From Candidatus Hadarchaeota archaeon (GTDB lineage: Archaea > CAYQAE01 > CAYVLA01), in NCBI GenBank assembly GCA_964621445.1, contig CAZUNO010000002.1, positions 136,904-200,903 on the forward strand: a stretch of DNA of 64,000 nt, written 5' to 3'. Below the pieces are notes generated by a model. It did not search any database. It was not told the DNA's origin and was given only the letters and a program-made list of their open reading frames with translations. How positions within the stretch are numbered: the first letter of the stretch is position 1; each line of letters starts with the position of its first letter. Shown here piece by piece: positions 29,125-38,208 of the stretch. A program made the position numbers and the translations under genes.

Positions 29125-29378
29125 CCACTAACAGAACAGCACCAATTATTTTCATATAATATGATGCCTAACTATGGGTATAGGTTCAATAACTCGAGTT
29201 TGAATAAGAATTCCTACCTTTATCCCCTTTCAATCACCCGACATCTTCATTCCACATAATAGGCCCCCCCAATTTATGGTATTGGTCAAGCCCTTTTCAC
29301 TTATGGTCCAAATCCTGGTTATACGTGATCTTTTGATCCCACCGGGTTGTAATCCTTTACTTGATGACCTTACATACT

Positions 29379-29660
29379 CTATTCAACTTCGCCGAAGCGC
29401 CCTCTAGATATGTTCTTAAGCTCCCTGGACCTAAGCTCCGACACCATATAGTCCAATACTTTATCGGCGGAGGTACCTAATACTTCCTTCAGCTCCCGTT
29501 TGAAGACCTGTGGATTTTGTGGAATCTCTCCACCCATATATTCCAACGCTCGAGAGGCCAGCGAATCGCCCAGGATTTCCACTAGGCTATATTTAGCAAG
29601 ACGACGGAATTCACGAGGAGAGACCAACTTCTTAGATACATCTGCAAATTCATCCTCCAT
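29379..29660 (-). CDS. Small helical protein (DUF3227/NitrOD-like)
   Basis: LVEILGDSLA..NPQVFKRELKEVLG pattern; directly downstream of the response regulator. Confidence 0.6.
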   Translation of the reverse strand: MEDEFADVSKKLVSPREFRRLAKYSLVEILGDSLASRALEYMGGEIPQNPQVFKRELKEVLGTSADKVLDYMVSELRSRELKNISRGRFGEVE

Positions 29661-29726
29661 CTATCCACCCCCCCCCCGTAATTAGGGCATAGACGATCGG
29701 AAATTGATAGGATCATCTTGTTATAT

Positions 29727-30197
29727 TCAAACCTCCTTTTCCTGTTCCAACTTCCTTATCCTTGCCTCAACCCATTGCGTAACCTTCTCCTCACTCATGG
29801 ATTCGGCTTCTTCCTGTTCAGCAAGCTTTTCCTTAACCGTCTCCAACAATACATCCGGTTTAACCGGTTTGGTCAAATATCCATCCGCTCCCTGGTTAAC
29901 GGAATCGACAGCGTTCTCCAAACTGGCGTGACCAGTCACCATAACCTTCATCATCATGGGCCTTGACTCATGGAGCTTTCTAAGTAGTGTAGTCCCATTC
30001 ATTCCTGGGAGCTTTATATCTAGAAAAGCTAGATCATAGTAGTTCTGTTTTGATAAATCACACGCATTCTCCGCCGATTCAGCAAAATCGACCTGGTATC
30101 CTTCCGACTTCAAGATACTCTCAAAGCTCTCTAGTATCGCCTTGTCGTCATCCACGATCAGAATTTTCTTCTCAACCATTTTGAAATCCCCTTTCAC
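29727..30197 (-). CDS. Stand-alone response regulator receiver
   Basis: ILIVDDD, FLDIKLP (phospho-Asp), VTG, YLTKP; short C-terminal helix. Confidence 0.95.
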   Translation of the reverse strand: MKGDFKMVEKKILIVDDDKAILESFESILKSEGYQVDFAESAENACDLSKQNYYDLAFLDIKLPGMNGTTLLRKLHESRPMMMKVMVTGHASLENAVDSVNQGADGYLTKPVKPDVLLETVKEKLAEQEEAESMSEEKVTQWVEARIRKLEQEKEV

Positions 30198-30375
30198 TTA
30201 CGGCAAGTACCAAAAACCCTCTGCTCTGTGACCACATAACATCATTAAGTTTTGATGATCTAGGTTCATATAGTTACTACATTTCTAAAAAGGGCCCAAT
30301 ATCGTTAAAAATACTTCCCAATCTATCGTGAATATATTGAGACTTTTCCAATAATATGATAAAAAGTATTGCTTT

Positions 30376-31728
30376 TCAGAGATCCTTTGGTAATTCTCGA
30401 GTTTCTCGCTCCAGAAAGGCCAACTGCCTTTCTTTGAAACAGTTTCGCGGAACTACCAGCAGAAGCCTGGACTCGTTCTGAACCACATTATCTCTGATGT
30501 CATAAAGAGAGTTCATTGTCCTCTCGAAGCCATTGTTCAGTACCAGGTATTCGAGGCCATCAAGAAATACAATTCCCCTGGAAGTCTCATCGAGAAATGA
30601 TTTAGTTAAATCACTAACTATACCCACATTAGAAGACCCTAAGGCCTCATCCATTCCATCTTCGTTTGATAACCACACGTAACGAACGTTATCAGCATCT
30701 AATTCATTTCTTATACCATCCGGGTTTCTTCTGGTGATGCATAGACCAGGAACTCCACTCTTGACCAGTTCTCCGAATATTTTCAGCATCCTTTCGTCTT
30801 CATTGAATGAATATATACCTTCTTCCTTTAACCCCATGTACTTGCCATCAACCCTACGGCTTCCTATTTCGATCTCTTTGAAGGATTTCAGGATACCGCT
30901 CTTGAGAACATACAAACCTAGACTAATGGTAACAAGAAGAGCGGCCAAGCCTGAAAGAAAGTAAATCAAATCTCCGTATCTACTGCTACCAAACTGATTC
31001 AATGAGTAATTTAGTGGATGTAACCCGATCAGTAGTGATGCAGAAGCGCCTATCAATACCAAAGAAATTCTCCGCTCTCCGGAAAGTTCTTTTACCCGAC
31101 GATTTACCAAAATAGGGACGACCACCACGAATATCCCAGAACCAATTATGAACAGAGCCCCTGGTCGCTGCAGGAGAGATCCCGCCTGAAACCTCCCCAA
31201 TCCCTCCAAGATAATTCCAATAGCTCCAATAATTAATGGTAGGTAAACAATTAGATGGCTTTCCACGCCAAGGGGTCTTGCCACTCCTCTGCCAATAATC
31301 ATCAGAAACCAGCTCAGTAACCCGGCCATGGCAAGAATAACTAAATCAGTAAACACTGGACTAAAATAGATAGCAAATTCAGGTACTAGATTCAGAAAAG
31401 AATAGATGAAGAGAAGCAGGAGCACACCCAAACAGGGCACGAATGGTTTTTTGCGCAGTATCTTCCTAGCAATAGTGGATCCCGCAACAGCACCCAGCAC
31501 ACCATTTAGTTCCTCCTTGATCCCTTCCGGGTCATCGAATAGTCCCTTCCTCTCCAAATGGCCCGCTAATGCTCCTCCCGGTCCTGGACCCAGAAAATTT
31601 CTCAGTCTTTCAATTAATTCACTCCGTCTTGAATTACGATACTGGTACCACTTGACAAATAGCCATGCTGAAAATCCGAATGATGATAAGGAAACCATAA
31701 CCCAAATTATTTCAGATATTACATTCAA
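30376..31728 (-). CDS. Membrane protein with inserted helical domain and C-terminal DUF835 domain
   Basis: TM1, soluble insert (LRNFLG..DPEGIKEELNGVLG), further TMs, GLCITR, VWLS, FLDGLEYLVLNNGFE. Confidence 0.88.
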   Translation of the reverse strand: MNVISEIIWVMVSLSSFGFSAWLFVKWYQYRNSRRSELIERLRNFLGPGPGGALAGHLERKGLFDDPEGIKEELNGVLGAVAGSTIARKILRKKPFVPCLGVLLLLFIYSFLNLVPEFAIYFSPVFTDLVILAMAGLLSWFLMIIGRGVARPLGVESHLIVYLPLIIGAIGIILEGLGRFQAGSLLQRPGALFIIGSGIFVVVVPILVNRRVKELSGERRISLVLIGASASLLIGLHPLNYSLNQFGSSRYGDLIYFLSGLAALLVTISLGLYVLKSGILKSFKEIEIGSRRVDGKYMGLKEEGIYSFNEDERMLKIFGELVKSGVPGLCITRRNPDGIRNELDADNVRYVWLSNEDGMDEALGSSNVGIVSDLTKSFLDETSRGIVFLDGLEYLVLNNGFERTMNSLYDIRDNVVQNESRLLLVVPRNCFKERQLAFLERETRELPKDL

Positions 31729-31872
31729 AATTCAAGCACCAAGGATCGACCCTGGGTCGGTTGATATAAGGCCGCTTCTGGAATATTGAATATGTTGAGC
31801 GATAAAAGTTTTGAGTTTCAAGGGATGCTCCCATTGCGATTTTCAATCCGAATGCTCTAAATCGCAAGGCTT

Positions 31873-31889
31873 TTTCATAGTTTATGAAA
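31873..31889. promoter_or_regulatory. Perfect palindrome TTTCATA-N3-TATGAAA (candidate operator)
   Basis: Read directly in the divergent intergenic region; near copy at 29150-29166. Confidence 0.35.
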
Positions 31890-32161
31890 TTATCATGCTT
31901 TTTGGAGAATATCCCCCTGCACTTTTCTGGACAAAAAGTCCGAAGTAAAAGATGAGTGACTATAAAATAACCCACGATTTCCCGGAAAATCTCTGCCAGG
32001 GGAAATGGCTGGATGTGAGATCGAATACCGAATCGGCGCTTTCCAAGATCATTTTTCAGCGTAAAATTCCTAGTATAGTAATTCCACCAAGTCAGGCTGA
32101 GCCCCAATCGGGAAGACCTTTATTCGTGTCCTCCCAACCCAATTGAGAGGATACATTTCCC

Positions 32162-33412
32162 TTGATTAACTCAATTAATATCACCGGTAAATTGAATCAG
32201 TACCTGGATATCCTAGCCAGGATTTGCTTATTTCTCGTATGGATAGCACTGATGTCACCCGCTGTGAACTGTTTTGATGATTCTAACAGAGCAAAGGTCC
32301 TTTACATTGGTGACACCGGCTTTGAAACCTGGCGGGATATCGCCGGAGACCCCCTCTTGATCACCACAGCGGTCCCAGCAAGTGTGGGTCATTTTCCAAG
32401 TGATCAAATTGAAAGGTACATGAGGCAATACATTCCCAGGACTTACACAAGGTACTCATCTGATGTGGACCTGCTCATACTGAGTGATACAGACCGCCAG
32501 CTTTTCACCACGAAGCAACAAACCTGGTTCAAGAAGGGCGTTTTTGAGGAAGGCCAAGGATTAATCATGGCTGGAGGGCTTGAGGCCTTCGGAGGAGCCG
32601 GGTGGGGGAGTTCCTGGGAGGGTTCCTCAGTTGCTGATGTACTCCCCGTGAATCTTTTGACCGGTGAGGTATGGAATCTGCATCCATTCCATGCCAGACC
32701 AACCGAGGAATCGTCAAATCATCCCCTAATCACCTCCCTCCCCTGGAACACTATGCCCACTTTTGGCGGTATGAATAGGGTAACCACCAAGACATGGGCG
32801 GAGGTGCTTCTGAAGGCAGCTGGACCTGGAATTAGCTCCTCCGAGAATCTACCGGTTCTAGTCCATGGGGAAGTGGGGGAGGGTTCATCTCTGGCCCATA
32901 CACCTGACTGGAACCCTGGTTGGGGAGGCAGGGTTATGAGGGAATGGGAGTATTACCCAGATTATCTGATTAATATGGCATATCTGATGGTCGGTGTTTC
33001 CATACCGCAGAATCTGCAGTTATCACACCTGGTGAGAACCGAGTTGGCAAACCATATTCAGCGGATGAGCGTCACCCTGTCCTTTCTCGAGTTCGCCGAG
33101 GATTTTGGCGCCAACATACACCCCCTGGAAATGCGTCTATCAAAGGCAGCCCAAATGAAGGATGAGGCCGATGCTTTGTATATCGATCAGGATCTTGAGG
33201 CTGTTCTGGAAAAGATGAGGCAGGTCCGGGATCTGATGGATGATATAAACCAGCAGGCCATAGAACTCAAGGACAGGGCCCTTGTCTGGGTCTACGCCGT
33301 GGAGTGGCTGGCGGTCACCGGAACCTTCCTTGTGTGTGGGTTCATTCTGTGGACTTTGATGGTCCGTAAGAGATTCTATAAAAGAGTGGAGATGACCAAA
33401 TTACAGGGTTAA
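32162..33412 (+). CDS. Uncharacterised surface protein, paralogue 2
   Basis: KVLYIGD, RQYIPRTY, MAGGLEAFGG, LPV, HPLI..LPW, FAEDFGAN, ALVWVYAVEW, RKRFY. Confidence 0.87.
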   Translation: MINSINITGKLNQYLDILARICLFLVWIALMSPAVNCFDDSNRAKVLYIGDTGFETWRDIAGDPLLITTAVPASVGHFPSDQIERYMRQYIPRTYTRYSSDVDLLILSDTDRQLFTTKQQTWFKKGVFEEGQGLIMAGGLEAFGGAGWGSSWEGSSVADVLPVNLLTGEVWNLHPFHARPTEESSNHPLITSLPWNTMPTFGGMNRVTTKTWAEVLLKAAGPGISSSENLPVLVHGEVGEGSSLAHTPDWNPGWGGRVMREWEYYPDYLINMAYLMVGVSIPQNLQLSHLVRTELANHIQRMSVTLSFLEFAEDFGANIHPLEMRLSKAAQMKDEADALYIDQDLEAVLEKMRQVRDLMDDINQQAIELKDRALVWVYAVEWLAVTGTFLVCGFILWTLMVRKRFYKRVEMTKLQG

Positions 33413-33468
33413 ACTAGCTTGTGTGAAAAGGTTTCCAATATAATATCCAATGACACGAAACAAGGACC

Positions 33469-34800
33469 TTAATCATCCCCAATCATGTGAGTGGTTTTGA
33501 CAGCATGGTATAATTTGCGGCGGATCATAACCGACCACAGAAAAACCCCCGCGATCATGGCCGTCCCGCTTATCACCAGCCACTCAATGAGATACACCCA
33601 AAAGAGGGCGCGTTGTTTGACTTCCATAGCTTTTACCTCTAGCTCGTCAAGCTTTTGGTGAACCTGGTCATATATCTCCAGTGCCTGTTCAAAATTCAAT
33701 TCAATATATGCGGGCATTGCACTCTGGGATAAATCCTCGACCTCATCCAGATCCTTGACCAGGTGAAGTGTATTTGCGCCGAAGGAATCACAGAATTCGA
33801 TTAGGCTCACGATTAACGACTTCCTATTCATTACATCGAACATGCTCTCCCTCAGGCGATGCGCGAGTTCGACATCCTGGGGTACCGGTCGACGATCCAT
33901 GTAGATCATGAGATTTGCTCCAAAATCCAGGGCATATTCCCAGGGATCAGCTCTCGTGCACATGCTGTGGGACTGACCGGGCTCTGAGCTGGGGCCTATT
34001 ATCTCCCCGCTCACGGCAAAGGTACGAGCGCCGCCGTCTAGTTCCCAGGTAACCATTGCCGGATGCTGGGAAAAGGAAACGCTCTCAATATAGGCCAGCA
34101 TTTGAGCCCCCGCCCTGAGCTTGACCAAGTTGTGGTGAAAATTACTCATGAAAGGCTGTTTTCGGTCCCAGGGAAGGCTACTCATGAAATCATTCTCTGG
34201 CTCATTGATCTTCATGAAGAGGCGGTACTTCGGTTTCATGATGTAGGTATTCTCTACACACTCCACCGGGAGTATGTCCCCCACGGCTGTACCGCCCCAT
34301 GAAGGACGGCCAAATGCACCCCCAAAACTTTCCCAACCCCCGAACATCACCAAACCCAACCCACCCCTTCTGGGCCCCCGCGCCAGCATCTCTATGTACT
34401 TATCACCCAAAGCCAAAGTATTGGCATTGGCCAGCACGATAACGTCAAAACGGGTATTAAGATCCTGGTAGGTGCGAGGCATATATAGACGGATGAATCG
34501 GTAGACATCGGTCTCGGCGTCCGCCCTCATTGCCGGTGCCGGACCAAATCCAGCCCAGTCCCTGAGCGTAGCCTGCACGAAGCTCATACGGAACAAGGGA
34601 TCTGATCTCATCCACCAAAAGGGGGCAGAACGAGCCAGACACCCGATGTATATTACCCCAATCCTTTCATCATTGGATGGGGCTGCCATGGCCATAGGTC
34701 CCAAGGCAAGGAGGGCTACCAAGATAATGAACCCAACATACATTCCCCGGATTGGATGGACCAGGCGGCTTTCCGACCCTTTTCCCCTATCTTGAATCAA
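33469..34800 (-). CDS. Uncharacterised surface protein, paralogue 3
   Basis: VIYIG, RLYMPRTY, MFGGWESFGG, ILPVEC, LPW, FCDSFGAN, ALFWVYLIEW, RRKLY. Confidence 0.87.
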   Translation of the reverse strand: MIQDRGKGSESRLVHPIRGMYVGFIILVALLALGPMAMAAPSNDERIGVIYIGCLARSAPFWWMRSDPLFRMSFVQATLRDWAGFGPAPAMRADAETDVYRFIRLYMPRTYQDLNTRFDVIVLANANTLALGDKYIEMLARGPRRGGLGLVMFGGWESFGGAFGRPSWGGTAVGDILPVECVENTYIMKPKYRLFMKINEPENDFMSSLPWDRKQPFMSNFHHNLVKLRAGAQMLAYIESVSFSQHPAMVTWELDGGARTFAVSGEIIGPSSEPGQSHSMCTRADPWEYALDFGANLMIYMDRRPVPQDVELAHRLRESMFDVMNRKSLIVSLIEFCDSFGANTLHLVKDLDEVEDLSQSAMPAYIELNFEQALEIYDQVHQKLDELEVKAMEVKQRALFWVYLIEWLVISGTAMIAGVFLWSVMIRRKLYHAVKTTHMIGDD

Positions 34801-34931
34801 ATCTGATCCCCATTTACATTAACGGAATATTTCTCTAATGGAAAACTCGGGGATAGCGTATATATTTTGCGCGTAACATCTATCAAAGCGTCGGGTTATC
34901 GGAAAGCAGCAACTCACGAAAAATGGCCAGT

Positions 34932-36203
34932 CTATGATTTGAAGCTTGTAGTTTTCACTTCTTTATAGGCCGACCTTCTCACCATCAGCGTCCAGAGTAC
35001 CGCGCCGCTTAACATGCTGGTCCCAGAAACGGTAAACCACTCAATTACGTAAACCCAGAAAAGTGCCTCATCCTTGGCCTCCATGGCCTGGGTCGATGCC
35101 TTGTCAAGGCTTTCCAGCCCGTTCTCCACGGCGGCCAGTGCTTCCTCGTACTCTCCGTTAACGTAAAATCGGATTACCTTTTTCCTACTTTCTTCAGACT
35201 CCATCAGGGTATTCGATGCCTTCTGGGTGTTTGCACCGAACTTCTCTGCGAAATCGATAACTGAAATCGCATACCTCCTCACGGAGAAAAACCTTGTCAG
35301 ACTGGTTCGAAGTTCCATTACCAGGGACATGTCCTGGGGTATTTCAACTCTGGCTATCCAGTAAATCATATTGCTAACTATAATGGGAGCGAAATCGGAT
35401 CTATGGAAATCCTCTGGACCGTTCCCTCCCCAGTCATGTACAAAGGCCTCGCTCATACCCTCACCCATTTCGCTATAAACCAGCACCGGACTGTTTGCAG
35501 GATACCTGTCGGTTTTCCCGACCACCACAGAGCCCTGCCTCGCGGTCACCCTGTTTCGGCAGAACAGTGGGATGGTGTTCCAGGGAATGTTCTTCACCAG
35601 CGGATGGTCCTTATGCTCCTCGGGAACCACAAGATGGTACTTCTTGTCCAGAGTCCAGAAATCCCTGTGACAATCAACCGGGAGTATCTCTCCAATGGTG
35701 GTGCCCTGCCAGCTGGGATGATTTAGAGAACCTCCAAAGGACTGGGGACCACCTGCCATCAGGAAGCCAAGGCCGTATTCCAGAACACCCTTATTTACCC
35801 ACCGCTGGATTTTCTCCGGGAAAAACGGTTCTCTGGCATCCGTTATTATCACCACATCGTATCCTTCGGTAACTTGCCTTTCCACCCGGGGGAAGTAAAC
35901 CCTTAGTGTCCTGGCCGCCACGCTTATGGTCTGATATTCCCCGGTAAGAAACTCCACCGGGACCGGATTCAAATCTATCATGGGGTCTTCGGCCATTAAT
36001 GGGGTGACAAAGCCGGCCTCCATAAGTGCATCGCCCATGAACAGGACACGGATCATGCCCGTCTCCGGGTCGACCTTTGGCTCGACGCTCAAAGCTATGT
36101 TGAGAGCCAGAAGCATGACGAGGTAGGCCAACATGATCTTCATGATAGAGGTCAGGTAAGATGCTTCCCAAAATCTGGGTAGATTGATCCTATCATCGTT
36201 CAA
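34932..36203 (-). CDS. Uncharacterised surface protein, paralogue 4
   Basis: KVDPETG.IRVLFMGD, RVYFPR, MAGGPQSFGG, ILPVDC, HPLV..IPW, FAEKFGAN, ALFWVYVIEW, RRSAY. Confidence 0.87.
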   Translation of the reverse strand: MNDDRINLPRFWEASYLTSIMKIMLAYLVMLLALNIALSVEPKVDPETGMIRVLFMGDALMEAGFVTPLMAEDPMIDLNPVPVEFLTGEYQTISVAARTLRVYFPRVERQVTEGYDVVIITDAREPFFPEKIQRWVNKGVLEYGLGFLMAGGPQSFGGSLNHPSWQGTTIGEILPVDCHRDFWTLDKKYHLVVPEEHKDHPLVKNIPWNTIPLFCRNRVTARQGSVVVGKTDRYPANSPVLVYSEMGEGMSEAFVHDWGGNGPEDFHRSDFAPIIVSNMIYWIARVEIPQDMSLVMELRTSLTRFFSVRRYAISVIDFAEKFGANTQKASNTLMESEESRKKVIRFYVNGEYEEALAAVENGLESLDKASTQAMEAKDEALFWVYVIEWFTVSGTSMLSGAVLWTLMVRRSAYKEVKTTSFKS

Positions 36204-36310
36204 CTTAATCGCTCCTAGCCTGTAGGATTTCCCTGGTCATGGGTATTGATCAAGGTTTGTTAATTCTTCCTTTGATCCCTTACAATTTCCGGTTGGTTGA
36301 ATTCCCAATA

Positions 36311-36847
36311 TCAGATATATGATAGATCCTTTAGTTTCCCCATTATTGCCCTTGCACTATCCTCCGGGGTCTGCTTCTCCGTATCCACTACGATCTCTGG
36401 GTTTTCCGGTTCCTGGTACGGATCTTGAATTCCGGTCATGTCCTTGATCTCCCCCTTAAGTGCCTTTTCGTACAACCCCTTGGGGTCTCTCTGAATGCAG
36501 GTGTCAATTGTAGCCTTGGCAAAAACCTCTACGAAATTGCCGAGCTCCTCCCGGGCATAGCGCCTTATCTCCCGGTAAGGAGATATGAGACAAACTATGA
36601 CCGCGGCGCCGTGCTTTACCAAGAGTTTACTCATGTGTATGACTCTCTTGTTATGTAGAGAACGGTCCTCCTTGGAGAAACCTAGATCCGGGGAAAGCTT
36701 TTCCCTCACCCAATCCCCGTCAAAGACCTCAACTGCCAAATCCTCTCCCTCCAGCATCGGCGCCAGTTCATTGGCTATTGTCGTCTTTCCGGACCCCGGG
36801 AGCCCGGTGATCCAGATCACGAATCCTCTTCCATTACTCTCCTTCAT
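36311..36847 (-). CDS. cysC: Adenylyl-sulfate (APS) kinase
   Basis: WITGLPGSGKTT, DGD, LGFSKEDR, ISPY, RDPKGLY, TGIQDPY. Confidence 0.96.
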   Translation of the reverse strand: MKESNGRGFVIWITGLPGSGKTTIANELAPMLEGEDLAVEVFDGDWVREKLSPDLGFSKEDRSLHNKRVIHMSKLLVKHGAAVIVCLISPYREIRRYAREELGNFVEVFAKATIDTCIQRDPKGLYEKALKGEIKDMTGIQDPYQEPENPEIVVDTEKQTPEDSARAIMGKLKDLSYI

Positions 36848-38208
36848 AGAATCTTACCTCTAATATCTGCAGGCACTGGAAGTCCAAGGCATTCTAGAAC
36901 AGTTGGGGCCACATCAAGGATGTTGGCTGGTCGCCATTCGGGTTGGTGATGATCGTCTGATAGTATGTATACTCCTTCCTTGGCGTGAACCGCATCGTCC
37001 GGCCCGGTGTCATTTCTGCTCAGGTAAAAATCCGGATGGCCGACCGTTCCCGCCGATCGCCAGGCCAGTTCGTCGAGGTATACCATCATGTCTGGCGGAT
37101 CCCCCCTACATGGATTGAAATAACGTTCGGGGTAGATTACCTCGGTGTTCCAGCTCTCCCCATTTGGACCGTTTATGTCCCTGATCTCCCCGGCCAATTG
37201 ATCCCTGACTTCCTGGTACTTGTCCGGGTGTACCGTGCCTATTTCCTCCCTTCCTTTCACATTCAGGAATATCCTGGCGTAGTACCCTCCCCAACCCCAG
37301 GCCCTAGTCTTGCTCCAGTCTATCTCGGCTTTAGAGAAACGTCTAACCTCCTTCGGCTGCTTCATCGACAGGTATCCACTGGAGGCCAACCACTGGTTAA
37401 TGCAAAAGGCCCCCTTCATGGCCTGGGCACCATGATCCGATACTATCAATATGGATGTGTCATCTGGCAGTAATCTCTTGAGTCTACCAACCCAGTCATC
37501 GAGTAACGAGTAATACTCGGGGATCGCTTCCTGAAAGGGATTTCCCTCCTCGTACAGGTGGTGGGCGGGATCGAAAAATTTCCAAAATGCGTGATGAATT
37601 CGGTCAAGTCCTATCTCCACAAAGGTGAAGAGATCCCAGTCCTTTTCCTTCATGAGATGCTCTATCAGCCTGAACCTCTTCTCAGTCATGTCATGGAGGC
37701 CCTTCAACAGGGTCTTCCGATCATCCACCCTAAATTCCACATCGGTGACGTAATCCCCCACCAGATTTCTGATCTCCCGGGCCAGTTCCGGGGGATAGGT
37801 GTAACGTTTGGAGGTATCGGGGGTTATGAACCCGGAGACCAGCCAACCTTCCATGGGTCTAGGTGGATAGGTCGGTGGAACACCGACCACGCAGCTCTTG
37901 CCACCCGCTCTCCCAATACGATCCCAAAGTGTAGGTTGCTTGATGGATGCGGACGAAGCGATCCACATGTTTTGATAGGAGTTATTCTTCCGGTGCCTAA
38001 AACCGTAAAGACCGAGCTGTCCAGGGTCCTTTCCGGTCATCATGGACATCCAGGCCGGTATGGTTATGGGAGGATCAGAACTCCTAAGGGGCCCCCTTAC
38101 TCCATCCTCCGCCATTTCTGTGATATTGGGAATTCGTTCCTTCAGCTCGTCGAAAACCAGGTCGGGAGCTGCACAATCCAAGCCCATAATTACGAACTTG
38201 TCCTTCAC
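36844..38208 (-). CDS. Alkaline-phosphatase-superfamily (nucleotide pyrophosphatase/phosphodiesterase-type) protein
   Basis: GLDCA, PPITIPAW (Thr nucleophile), DRIHH, SDHG, DVAPTVL; 4-bp overlaps with both neighbours. Confidence 0.9.
   Translation of the reverse strand: MKDKFVIMGLDCAAPDLVFDELKERIPNITEMAEDGVRGPLRSSDPPITIPAWMSMMTGKDPGQLGLYGFRHRKNNSYQNMWIASSASIKQPTLWDRIGRAGGKSCVVGVPPTYPPRPMEGWLVSGFITPDTSKRYTYPPELAREIRNLVGDYVTDVEFRVDDRKTLLKGLHDMTEKRFRLIEHLMKEKDWDLFTFVEIGLDRIHHAFWKFFDPAHHLYEEGNPFQEAIPEYYSLLDDWVGRLKRLLPDDTSILIVSDHGAQAMKGAFCINQWLASSGYLSMKQPKEVRRFSKAEIDWSKTRAWGWGGYYARIFLNVKGREEIGTVHPDKYQEVRDQLAGEIRDINGPNGESWNTEVIYPERYFNPCRGDPPDMMVYLDELAWRSAGTVGHPDFYLSRNDTGPDDAVHAKEGVYILSDDHHQPEWRPANILDVAPTVLECLGLPVPADIRGKIL

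Noticed and set aside
31712-32146. ORFs 31712-32107 (-) and 31952-32146 (+)
   Set aside because: No motifs, and they lie in an AT-rich divergent promoter region.
28400-36312. Recurring (T/C)CCAAT(AT) words in intergenic regions (~28408, 30295-30355, 33433, 36303)
   Set aside because: Short, AT-rich and inconsistently placed relative to gene starts; cannot be separated from chance by eye.
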